A stretch of 22,069 bases of DNA from an uncultured Thermococci archaeon (lineage in GTDB: Archaea; Methanobacteriota_B; Thermococci; Thermococcales; Thermococcaceae). A model generated the notes under the pieces. That model searched no databases, was not told where the DNA came from, and saw only the letters and a list, made by a program, of their open reading frames with translations. The DNA is taken from assembly GCA_964615185.1 (NCBI GenBank), contig CAZTOS010000027.1, forward strand, positions 4,896 to 26,964. The letters are read 5' to 3'. Positions 1 to 8,154 of the stretch are shown here, in pieces; position 1 is the stretch's first letter; each line of letters begins with the position of its first letter. The translations under genes and the position numbers were made by a program.

Positions 1-55
1 GCGATGATGATGCCTAAGCCCTTCTGAAGGGTGATGAAAGCGGTCACCACTGAGC
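1..55 (+). ncRNA. Box C/D methylation guide sRNA
   Basis: Box C ATGATGA 4-10, D' CTGA 24-27, C' GTGATGA 31-37, D CTGA 50-53. Guides are 13 nt (TGCCTAAGCCCTT) and 12 nt (AAGCGGTCACCA). This is canonical archaeal spacing. Confidence 0.9.
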
Positions 56-436
56 AACCTTTGCTTGACCAAAGAGGTTTGACTGTTTAAAAAACATGGA
101 AATGGACATGCTTTCAAAAAGAGTTCTATAACTTTTTGAGTTTATTAAAATGGGCCCATTATGAGGATTTCACCCCATCAGTGCCCCTTGGGCGCTTAAA
201 TAATTAGAAACTCTGTAAAAACCAGCAATTGAAGAGTAAACTCACCCAATAAAGCAATCACAAAAAGGCATGCCAACTTTGAGGCATCTCTGCCGAGCAA
301 CTTTGCGAAGGAAAAGTTTCATCAGAAGTCTGTAGCTCTTTGCAAAAGCCTTTGAGTAGCAGATTCTCATCAAGAAGGGGGTGTGGGGGTGTTAGCCCCC
401 CAGTAACTGAGAGCATCGGGGGTTTGAGAGTCCATA
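56..436. repeat. Non-coding spacer with several imperfect hairpins; possible degenerate Thermococcales intergenic repeat or MITE-like element
   Basis: Hairpin-like motifs AACCTTTG..CAAAGAGGTT (56-), GTGCCCCTTGGGCGC (181-), AACTTTGCGAAGGAAAAGTTTCATCA (~299-324) and GGGGGTGTTAGCCCCC (~385-400). No credible ORF. The resemblance to repeats elsewhere in Thermococcales is recollection only. Confidence 0.3.
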
Positions 437-491
437 GGGTCAGGGGCCGATTAGGTCATCACAGCTCAGCCACCCACCCTTACATCATCCC
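437..491 (-). ncRNA. Box C/D methylation guide sRNA, immediately downstream of the signal peptidase stop codon
   Basis: Minus strand reads GGG-ATGATGT (C variant)-AAGGGTGGGTGG-CTGA (D')-gct-GTGATGA (C')-CCTAATCGGCCC-CTGA (D)-CCC, with a terminal GGG/CCC stem. Confidence 0.85.
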
Positions 492-965
492 TCAGGTTAA
501 GCCCAATCTTTCTCTAATTTCCAGCGGAATCAAACCAATCTTTGGAAAGATTAGCAGGGCTTTTGCCTCAACAGCTTCTTGAGGAACACATGGTAGGATT
601 TTCCCACTGTATGGGTAAGGATCAGGTGCAGGGTTGTTGTCCCCCCAAGTAACGAAGCAGAGTTCTTCTTTACCGTTTATCATGAGCTTTTCAATTGCTC
701 TAACTCTATGAATTATTGGATATTTAGTATATGGCCTTTTGTAAACAACCACATCACCTATTTTTATGTCCTCAGGCTTGACACCTTTGAGGAGCACGAC
801 GTCACCCCTGTAGAACACGGGTTCCATTGAACCACTTACAACAATGACAAGGGGGGAATCAGTGTGCAAGGCTATTTTTAATCCATTATGTATTGCAAAT
901 ATGACAATTAGGGAGACTATTATGAATACGAGATCATTCTTCCAGTCTTTTGTTTTTTCTCCCAT
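492..965 (-). CDS. sec11: Archaeal signal peptidase I (S26B, Sec11-like)
   Basis: N-terminal TM segment, catalytic VVSGSMEP, IIHRV and TWGDNN motifs. Confidence 0.93.
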   Translation of the reverse strand: MGEKTKDWKNDLVFIIVSLIVIFAIHNGLKIALHTDSPLVIVVSGSMEPVFYRGDVVLLKGVKPEDIKIGDVVVYKRPYTKYPIIHRVRAIEKLMINGKEELCFVTWGDNNPAPDPYPYSGKILPCVPQEAVEAKALLIFPKIGLIPLEIRERLGLT

Positions 966-1492
966 TTTAGCGCCTCCATTAAGGTTCTAATTTTAGTGGG
1001 TATTGCCCCTATTGCAGTGCATGTTTCTAAGCTTATCCTTTTGCTGTCCGTTATGTCCAAGTGGTACTCAGCTAACTTAAAGATTTCCTTTGGAAGGCCA
1101 TGCCTCCCTAAGCCGACAATCAACATAAAGCTTTCCCCTTTTAATGCTCTTTTGGCAACTTCTATGGCCGTTATTTCTTTATCTTTATTGGGCTTTCTTG
1201 TTGTTGCTATTATATGTCCAAACTGAGGTGGAAATCCCCTTTTTGGAAATTCCAACAGATGAAACTTGTTTTTCTTAGCAAGCTCGAGGAGGTATTTTCC
1301 TCCCTCTCCGATTGTTGTATTTTCGGATATCCTCTCTGCCAAATCGAGAGGTTTCTCATTAAACGGGAATCCAATCAGTGCTAAGTGGAAATCAAATGCA
1401 TAGCAAATAGGAGCTGCCCTGGCAATTGCTCTCAAATGAGCTTCATGAATTCTCTTAGGGTCATACGAGTTGTATAGCGCTAAGGTGAGCAT
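920..1492 (-). CDS. DUF531 family protein (SPOUT-like predicted RNA methyltransferase)
   Basis: MLTLALYNSYD..HEAHLRAIARAAPIC and GLGRHGLP..HLDIT..SLETCTAIG knot-like motifs. The ATG at 1492 is preceded by GGTGA. Confidence 0.8.
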   Translation of the reverse strand: MLTLALYNSYDPKRIHEAHLRAIARAAPICYAFDFHLALIGFPFNEKPLDLAERISENTTIGEGGKYLLELAKKNKFHLLEFPKRGFPPQFGHIIATTRKPNKDKEITAIEVAKRALKGESFMLIVGLGRHGLPKEIFKLAEYHLDITDSKRISLETCTAIGAIPTKIRTLMEALKWEKKQKTGRMISYS

Positions 1493-1645
1493 TTTTATCA
1501 CCGTTTATCAGTTAGATGTGTTCGTGAGTACTATTAGTTTTGAGAAGTTTATAAGGGTGTTCGGGAGTAGTGGTGTATTAATATCGCTGCTTTGTAGGTA
1601 TGTATGGTTAAATACTCTAAAACTCATTCTGCTCTTGGTGGTAGC

Positions 1646-2581
1646 ATGATCTTTGATGCGCACTCTGATTTGCCCACTTATGTCTATGACATGCGAAAAG
1701 AAGGAAAGAGTAGAGTTCTTGACCATGAATTCGAGAAGTTCTTTGGAGAATACATAAAAGCTCGTGTTATGGCAGTTTGGACAAGGCCAGATAAAAGGCA
1801 TCAAGCTTTGAGGTATGGGCTTGAGGTTATAAACCAGCTCTACAAAGATGTCCTTGAAAGCGAGAAGTTTGCAGTTGTGACAACTGTTGAAGAGATGAGA
1901 AATGCCATAAAAAACGGTAGGGTTGCTCTATGGCTTGGCTTGGAGGGTGGAGAGCCAATAGAGGACAGCTTGGATTTGCTTGAAATATTTTACGAGCTTG
2001 GATTGAGGGTTCTAACATTAACATGGAGCTTAAGAAATGCAATAGGGGATGGCGTCTTTGAGAGGACTAACGGTGGCTTGACTAACTTTGGAGTTGAAGT
2101 TCTTGGAAAAGCCGAGGAGCTTGGAATATTAGTTGATTTAAGCCACATAAACGAGAAGGGCTTCTGGGATGCCCTTGAAACGACGGCCTTTCCAGTTATA
2201 GCTTCGCATTCAAATGCAAAAGCTCTCTGCGACAATAAGAGGAATCTAACGGATGAGCAGATTAAGGCGATAGCTGAGAGAGACGGAGTCATCGGAGCTG
2301 TAGCGATTCCAAGCTTTGTTGACAAAGAAAAGCCGACGCTTGATAAATACCTTGAGCACATTGCTTACATGGCTGATTTAGCTGGCTATCGGCACGTTGG
2401 CTTAGGTTTTGATTTTGTGTATTATCTGAAAGGCTGGAAAGGAGAGAGCGTTGAAGGCTTTGAGAATGAGAGCAAAATCCCAGCACTTTTGGAAAAGCTG
2501 AATGAGAGGTTCAGCAAAAAGGAAGTTGAAGCAATAGCTTTCAAGAACTTCGAGAGGGTTTTTGAAAGAGTTGTTGGTTAG
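1646..2581 (+). CDS. Membrane dipeptidase family (M19) amidohydrolase
   Basis: FDAHSD, LGLEGG, VDLSH, IASHSN, RNLTDEQ and GLGFDF motifs. Start set to ATG 1646 after GGTGGT. Confidence 0.9.
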   Translation: MIFDAHSDLPTYVYDMRKEGKSRVLDHEFEKFFGEYIKARVMAVWTRPDKRHQALRYGLEVINQLYKDVLESEKFAVVTTVEEMRNAIKNGRVALWLGLEGGEPIEDSLDLLEIFYELGLRVLTLTWSLRNAIGDGVFERTNGGLTNFGVEVLGKAEELGILVDLSHINEKGFWDALETTAFPVIASHSNAKALCDNKRNLTDEQIKAIAERDGVIGAVAIPSFVDKEKPTLDKYLEHIAYMADLAGYRHVGLGFDFVYYLKGWKGESVEGFENESKIPALLEKLNERFSKKEVEAIAFKNFERVFERVVG

Positions 2582-2628
2582 GGGTGAATTTTTAAACCCC
2601 CTCTTTAAGTTTAATATTGGTGAGCTTA

Positions 2629-2829
2629 GTGGTCACAAAAATTGTAGCCGTTTATGAGAAGGGAGTGTTAAAGCCAAAGAAAAAACTTAATCTTCCAGAA
2701 GGAATGGAAGTGGAGCTAATTATAAAGCCTTCAATTAAGGAGCTTTTAAAAGTATTTGAAAATGTTGAAGTCAAAGAAGATGTTGAAAGAGCTCTAAAAG
2801 AAGGCAGGGAGAGGAAAATATGGGAGTGA
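2629..2829 (+). CDS. Antitoxin, AF2212/DUF104 family
   Basis: AVYEKGVLKPKKKLNLPEG..V motif; overlaps the downstream PIN gene. The GTG at 2629 follows GGTGA; alternative start 2617. Confidence 0.82.
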   Translation: MVTKIVAVYEKGVLKPKKKLNLPEGMEVELIIKPSIKELLKVFENVEVKEDVERALKEGRERKIWE

Positions 2830-3257
2830 TTCTTGATTCCTCCGTTATTTTAAAGGCGCTTCTCTCACCACCCCGAAACCTTCCGGAGAAAGTGTACAAC
2901 AGAGAAAGACAAACACATGAAAAATGTAAATATCTGATGAGACTTATTGAGGAAAGAAATAGTGAAGTTCACATTCCAGCAGTCGCTAAAGTTGAAGTTG
3001 CGGGAGTTATAAAAAGAGTAACTGGAGATGCTGATAAAGCATTATTAGCAACGATAACAATTTCTGAAAACTACAACTTACATTACGATGTGGAGCTAAT
3101 TGAAAAAGCCCTTGAGATTTCATTATCTACTGGTGCCAGTGGATTTGACTCATATTTTATTGCTCTTGCTGATCTGCTAAATTTGCCGTTGTTCACCGAT
3201 GACTCTTTAATCAGAGAATTGACGATAGAGGACATCAGAAGCTTCTTCGGTGATTAA
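2820..3257 (+). CDS. vapC: PIN-domain VapC toxin
   Basis: VILDSSV, KVEVAG, GFDSYFIALA and LFTDD acidic PIN motifs; paired with the upstream antitoxin. Confidence 0.85.
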   Translation: MGVILDSSVILKALLSPPRNLPEKVYNRERQTHEKCKYLMRLIEERNSEVHIPAVAKVEVAGVIKRVTGDADKALLATITISENYNLHYDVELIEKALEISLSTGASGFDSYFIALADLLNLPLFTDDSLIRELTIEDIRSFFGD

Positions 3258-4110
3258 CTTGAAGCCTGAGTTTCAAGCCTATTTTCTAACCTTTCGAGAG
3301 GCACGTAGGGTTCTGCTCTCAAAGGGTGAGGTTAGGTTAAACCTCGATTTGAGAAAAACAAACAGAACTTTTGTAATAAAAGTTGAAGAAGACAAGATAA
3401 TTTTTCCTGATGGGAGTGAAGTTGAGAAGGAAATCATCGAGAAGATAGCAAAAGATGATGGCACAGTTTATTTCGTGAGGGATGGGCACGTTTTTAAAGC
3501 TGCCATTGCTGGTGAGCACTTCTACAAGCTTGTTCCAACGATCCCGCCAACGATAGAGATTAATGGAATAAGAATGCACCGAACCAAGGATACAAATCCT
3601 CTTTGGGATACAAGGGCTAAGATTAAAGCTGTTGAGCCAAAGGAAGGCGAATTTGTTCTTGACACTTGCATGGGATTGGGTTACACAGCAATAGAGAGCG
3701 CAAAGAGAGGGGCTTATGTGATAACTGTAGAAAAAGACCCAAACGTTATTGAGCTTGCTAAGCTAAATCCTTGGAGCTATGAGGTCTTTCACTCCCAGAA
3801 CATTCAAGTAATTCAAGGTGATGTTTTTGAGGTTATCAGGAAGTTTAAGGATGAGACGTTTGATGTGATTATCCATGACCCTCCAAGGTTTTCACTGGCC
3901 GGTGAGCTTTACAGTGAGGAGTTTTATGCTGAACTCTTTAGAGTCCTTAAGCCCGGAGGAAGGGTCTTTCACTATGTCGGTAACCCTGGAAAGAAATTTA
4001 GGAGAAAGGATTTGCAAAGGGGCGTTATGGAAAGGCTAAGAAAAGTTGGCTTCAAAAATGTGAGGAGGGTAGAGGAGGCTTGGGGTGTTGTTGGGAGGAG
4101 ATTTGGATGA
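3250..4110 (+). CDS. Class I SAM-dependent methyltransferase (COG2521-like archaeal family)
   Basis: VLDTCMGLGYTA motif I, ITVEKD, GDVFE, and IIHDPPRF motif IV. Start may be TTG 3259. Confidence 0.85.
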   Translation: MINLKPEFQAYFLTFREARRVLLSKGEVRLNLDLRKTNRTFVIKVEEDKIIFPDGSEVEKEIIEKIAKDDGTVYFVRDGHVFKAAIAGEHFYKLVPTIPPTIEINGIRMHRTKDTNPLWDTRAKIKAVEPKEGEFVLDTCMGLGYTAIESAKRGAYVITVEKDPNVIELAKLNPWSYEVFHSQNIQVIQGDVFEVIRKFKDETFDVIIHDPPRFSLAGELYSEEFYAELFRVLKPGGRVFHYVGNPGKKFRRKDLQRGVMERLRKVGFKNVRRVEEAWGVVGRRFG

Positions 4111-4112
4111 TA

Positions 4113-5910
4113 TCAATTCTCTCCCTTCTCTTCCTTCAGTATCTTCTCTATATCAAAGCCCTCCTCATATTTCTTCAGTTTTCTTTCGAAGAACTCCATG
4201 AAGAGCTTGTAGCGCTTTGCTCTGTGCCTTGGTGAACCCCTTATGCTGTGTCCATGCGCTCCCTTCTTGAAGATTGCAATGTAAGCCTCTTTTCCCAAGT
4301 CCTTGAGCATGTGGTAAAACATAACGCTCTGATCGAGCGGGCACCGGTAATCTTCAAGGCTGTGGATGATTAGTATTGGGGCTTTAACGTTTTCTGCATA
4401 GAATAGTGGGCTTAACTTTTTGTAATTCTCGTTCTCAAGTGGATTGTCGCCGATAACTTCCTTGTCGAACCATAAGCCTATATCTGAGAAGGCATAGCTT
4501 GTAAGCCAGTAGCTTATGCCGTTCTCGCTAATTCCAGCCTTGAACAAATCGCTCTGTGTTAGCGCCCAGTTCGTCATAAAGCCCCCGTAGCTTATTCCCG
4601 TGATTCCCACCCTTTCCTTATCTGCCTGAGGTTCAAGTTTAAAGAATTCCTCAATTCCGTTCATTATGTCTTGGAAGTCTTCTAAGCCTGTTCTCTCAAG
4701 AACTCTTAAGGCGAAGTCTTCGTCGTAACCGTTGCTTCCTCTTGGGTTGACGAAAACTATGTAGTAGCCTTTGTCAGCCATTAACTGCATTTCGTATTTG
4801 AAATAATATCCGTACATCCCCTTTGGACCGCCATGAACAAACACTATGACTGGAGCTTTTTCACCCTCTTTAATGTCAGGCTTGATGTACCAGCCGTCAA
4901 GCTCCAAATCAAGGCTTTTGAAGCAGAAGTGCTTTATTGGTCTCGTTTTGAGTTTTGCTAAAATTGGATCATTGTAATCAGTTATTTGCTTGAGTTTTCC
5001 GTCCCAGAGGAAGACTTCGCTGAGCTTTGTGTCTGTCTGCTTTAGGAGAGCAACTTTTCCGTCGTTGCTCAAATCGAATCCCATGACCCAAGCGTTCTCA
5101 TCAACTATTGGAATCAGCTCATCTTCACTAAGCTTGTATAATGAGACTCTTCCCTCTCTTGGGCTTAGGAAGTAAACGTTTCCTTTAGCGTCAAGCTTTC
5201 CATCCCAGTTGTTGTAAATGAAGCGCTCTGTTAGCGGTTTGACTTCTTTACCATCCCAAACGTAGAGGTAATCATGCTCACTAATTTTTTCCTTCCTTGG
5301 CTTTCCTATGAACAGAACATTCTTTCCATTGGAGTCAATTGCTGTAAATGACACTTTTTCGAATACCTTTTCGCTCTCTCCATCTTTATAGCGGTAGATG
5401 TCGTAGAACTTAAAGAACTGAGGTTTGTTGTCCTCTCTGTGGGGAACGTTGTAGATTATCTCTTCACCATGCCAAATTCCAGAGGAAAATTTATCAGCTG
5501 TGAACTCGTCTAAAATTTCCTCTCCTTCGGTGTCATAAATCCAGAAAGTTGTTTTTTCGCCATCGAAGAAGCCCTTGTTGTCAAACCACACCGGAACATC
5601 ATCCTCAAATATAAAGTCCTCATCTTCTCTCCTCTTAAACCCGGTGATTAGCAAACGTCTATCATCGTCATTCCAGCTCACATTGAGGATATTCTTAGTC
5701 TCCATAAGCTTCTTGGCGCTCATTGACCTTAAATCAACGAGCCAAAGTTCACTTGTCTTTTTCTCTTCATTGGGTCTTACAAAACTCATCTTTGTCCCGC
5801 TTGGGGAGAATCGAGGTATTGAGGCATTCTCTATAAACTTTCTAACTTCACTTTCAAGCTCTTCAATGACGATTGTGTTTTCATATTTGTTGTCTTTGAG
5901 GTTTGCTTTT
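4113..5910 (-). pseudogene. S9 family acylaminoacyl/prolyl oligopeptidase, 5'-truncated at the IS right end
   Basis: Catalytic GISYGG, EDYRC and AHGHS are intact. The open frame extends upstream of ATG 5789 (KANLKDNKYENTIVIEELESEVRKFIENASIPRFSPSGTK) to the IS boundary at 5910. No native start, N-terminus or promoter is present. Confidence 0.85.
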
Positions 5911-6090
5911 CTGACCTCCTCCCCCTTTGTGAGGGTTCCAACGAGTTAACCCCTCGCCATTGACAGGGAGGTTTGAGGGGTCTCATTAAAGCCCAATAAA
6001 GGCGGACTTTTCGACCCCTCTGGCCGGGTCTCCGGCCAGTTACCCCTCCCTTGGGCATACAAACCGCCCAAGTTCGGGGTTATCGTTTTC
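5911..6090 (-). ncRNA. Putative TnpB omega/reRNA scaffold overlapping the tnpB 3' end; guide would continue into 5910-5891
   Basis: GC-rich structured right-end region overlapping a non-conserved-looking TnpB tail. Position inferred from known TnpB biology; the 5' boundary is approximate. Confidence 0.55.
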
Positions 6091-7236
6091 ACAACCTTCT
6101 TTAAAATGTTGAACGCTCCAACCAAGTCAGCGTTCATTACAACGCCCTCTCTGCGACACTTAAACAAACCCCTAAAGATTCTATAGTGGCGTTGGCCGCA
6201 GAAAGGGCAAAGCTGGGAAGTGAAAGCCTCATCAACAAGCAGGACTCGAATACCATACTCTTCCGCAACCTCAGTTAAACGTTTTATTACAGTGTTAAAA
6301 CACCAAACGTGAGAAAGAATGAAGTTTTGCTTTTTACCCTTATTAGGTTCTCTTGCAATTTCTTTAGGATACCCAACGACAATTCTGCTAACGCCCAACT
6401 GATAGAGCCTTTCAACAGTCCGCCTCACTGCAGTGTTGATGTAGTGTTTTGCTTGGAGTTTAGCCTTTTCATGCATTCTCTTTAATTTCCTACTCTTTCT
6501 ACAACCCGACTTGTTGAGTTTAGACTGGTATCCCGCTATCTTTTTCTGCCAGTAGAATGCAATGCTCTTTAGTGGCCTACCATTCACGAGGAGACTCTCA
6601 CCATTCTCGACATAAACAGCCATTAAATTGTTCACTCCCAAGTCAATACCAGCCGTGAGGTTTCCTTTCGGCTGTCTTGGAACTTTAACCCAACCATTTT
6701 TGGATAGTCTCTCTTCAACATTAAAACTAATGTGAGCATACCATTTCCGCTTTACATCGTCGTAAATAATTTCAAGCCTCCCCTGCTTGCCCTTCAAATG
6801 TATTCTGCCCTCGACTTAGCCTGCCGAATTTTCCAAGACGCTTCAACTCGATTACGTTGCCGTCAATTCTGTACTGGTCGTTCCTAAGCGGAATGATGAA
6901 GAGCTTTCTCCCATTCTCCTCCTTGACGAATTTTGGTGGTTTTGGCTTGAACCAGGTGGGCAGTTTTTTCTTCCTGTTCAGGGAGAAGAATGAACGCCAG
7001 GCTTCAGCGTTCTTTCTAGCCAGTTGTTGGACTGTCGAGCCACCAACCCAGTCTTTTAAGGCGTAGTATGCTTCTTTTTCCGTGGTGGCAAAGTCCACTA
7101 CTCCAAACTTTTTAAACTGCTTCAGCCTCTCGTAGTTGATTTTGTTCCAGATTGTGGCTGTGGCTTGGGCTAGTTCGAAGAGGGTTTTCTCTTGGGCTTT
7201 TGAGGGCTGGAGTTTGACTGTTGCAGAACGCTTCAT
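5946..7236 (-). pseudogene. tnpB: TnpB RNA-guided endonuclease, frameshifted near 6811-6817
   Basis: N-part MKRSATVKLQPS..WNKINY..QQLARKNAEAWRSFF. C-part has AGIDLGVNN (RuvC-I), DEAFTSQLCPFCG..FKC (Zn finger) and NADLVGAFNI (RuvC-III). The frames join as FGRL|..GRIHLKGKQGRLEI. Confidence 0.9.
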
Positions 7237-7388
7237 TTCTTTTCCCGTTCGATTTTTTCAATCCAGAGTTTCATGGCCTCAGTTACCGCAACTCCCAGTG
7301 CCCCCCTAATCCGCCCATATTTCCCCACCACGAGCTCCCTAAACCTTTTCTCAACTCTATCGTCAACGGAGACAGTTATTACTCCCAT
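7233..7388 (-). CDS. 51-aa ribbon-helix-helix (CopG-like) DNA-binding protein; not in the ORF track
   Basis: MGVITVSVDDRVEKRFRELVVGKYGRIRGALGVAVTEAMKLWIEKIEREKK shows a beta-helix-helix pattern. It has an ATGA stop/start overlap with tnpB and GGTGGGAG upstream. Confidence 0.8.
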   Translation of the reverse strand: MGVITVSVDDRVEKRFRELVVGKYGRIRGALGVAVTEAMKLWIEKIEREKK

Positions 7389-7399
7389 GCTCCCACCAT

Positions 7400-7433
7400 T
7401 AAGTATTAGTACAGCTTAGTATTTAAACCTTTC
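7400..7433 (-). promoter_or_regulatory. BRE/TATA promoter of the RHH-tnpB operon with three TACTAA-like repeats
   Basis: Minus strand GAAAGG-TTTAAATA, then TACTAA (7421-7416, overlapping the TATA end), TACTAA (7411-7406) and TACTTA (7405-7400). Confidence 0.6.
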
Positions 7434-7509
7434 TCTTGCTTTCCTGCTCAAAAACCAAATTTTCGAACACTGCACCCCACCCTAAAGGGCAAGGCTTGAA
7501 AAAAGAAAA

Positions 7510-7544
7510 GTCACCTCCATGAAGTAGCCGACACCAGTGTATGG
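7510..7544 (-). pseudogene. Orphan fragment encoding PYTGVGYFMEV(T), a diverged copy of the C-terminal motif of the large secreted protease
   Basis: CCA TAC ACT GGT GTC GGC TAC TTC ATG GAG GTG AC versus CCG TAT ACT GGA GTT GGA TAT TAT CTA AGA GTT at the end of ORF 8151-9266 (PYTGVGYYLRV). Seven consecutive residues are identical. Confidence 0.75.
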
Positions 7545-7557
7545 GCTATTGAAATAT

Positions 7558-8154
7558 CTATCTGCCTTTCATTCTTGTTAGTAGGGGAACCAATGCTAAT
7601 CCAATTAACAGCGTTGGCCCGCAGATTGTCTTGTTACCCTCGTTTGGTGTGTATTTTCGAGGGGAGTGGAATTGGGAATAGCATGAGAGGTTCTTTGGTC
7701 CGTAGCAGTCAAACTCACTGTAAATTCCATCATCCATGAATACTGTTACACCAATGTCAAAATTTGTAATTTCAAGAGTCCATTTCTTGATAGGAGCGTT
7801 ATTGTATATCTTGATGTATTCATAGTATTTCTCCAGAAATGCATCTATATCCCAGTCTGAAATCCTAAAGGGGCTGATGTTCTTTGTAGGAATCATTCTT
7901 TTGGTTGTTCTATTTTTTGTGTACTCTACAAGGATATCATGAGTTTTGTTGTACGGATATATTATCCTCACCTTCATAATGCTTGAATCATTGAACGGAT
8001 TAGTTGGGATATTTGGGCCAGTTCCATCAATGAGGATATACTTAATGCTTTGATTTTCTTCTAGCACGTCCCATAGACTAACTGCCTTTAGGAGGTGAAT
8101 AGCTGGAGTTAATACCAAGGAAAAAAGAAAAATTGTTATGAACAATCTTTTCAT
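7558..8154 (-). CDS. Secreted, surface-anchored CGP-CTERM protein of unknown function
   Basis: Signal peptide MKRLFITIFLFSLVLTPA; C-terminus KTICGPTLLIGLALVPLLTRMKGR (CGP + TM + basic tail). ATGA overlap with the upstream protease gene. Confidence 0.88.
   Translation of the reverse strand: MKRLFITIFLFSLVLTPAIHLLKAVSLWDVLEENQSIKYILIDGTGPNIPTNPFNDSSIMKVRIIYPYNKTHDILVEYTKNRTTKRMIPTKNISPFRISDWDIDAFLEKYYEYIKIYNNAPIKKWTLEITNFDIGVTVFMDDGIYSEFDCYGPKNLSCYSQFHSPRKYTPNEGNKTICGPTLLIGLALVPLLTRMKGR

Larger units (their letters stand above)
5911..7509 (-). mobile_element. IS200/IS605-family (IS1341-type, no tnpA) element carrying an RHH gene and tnpB
   Basis: Left end follows TGAC (7510-7513 on minus) and has subterminal hairpin CCTTGCCC-TTTA-GGGTGGGG (7475-7494). 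Right end is ...GGAGGAGGTCAG at 5911 with a degenerate hairpin. No TSD or TIR, as expected for this family. Confidence 0.88.

Noticed and set aside
318..375. Extra TGATGA (box C-like) words on the minus strand
   Set aside because: No properly spaced CTGA D/D' boxes, so no third C/D RNA is supported.
340..582. 80-aa plus-strand ORF
   Set aside because: It is antisense to the C/D sRNA and sec11, has a TTG start and has no protein-like features.
5790..5948. Peptidase remnant is in frame with tnpB behind a single TAA (possible read-through fusion)
   Set aside because: A 1-in-3 coincidence; tnpB is already frameshifted upstream and no read-through signal is evident.
5831..6058. 75-aa minus-strand ORF across the IS right end
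   Set aside because: It is an alternative frame over the omega-RNA and the junction, chimeric by construction.
6795..6820. Programmed frameshift in tnpB
   Set aside because: No slippery sequence; the junction looks like a small deletion.
7221..7409. 62-aa plus-strand ORF
   Set aside because: It is the antisense shadow of the better-supported RHH gene.
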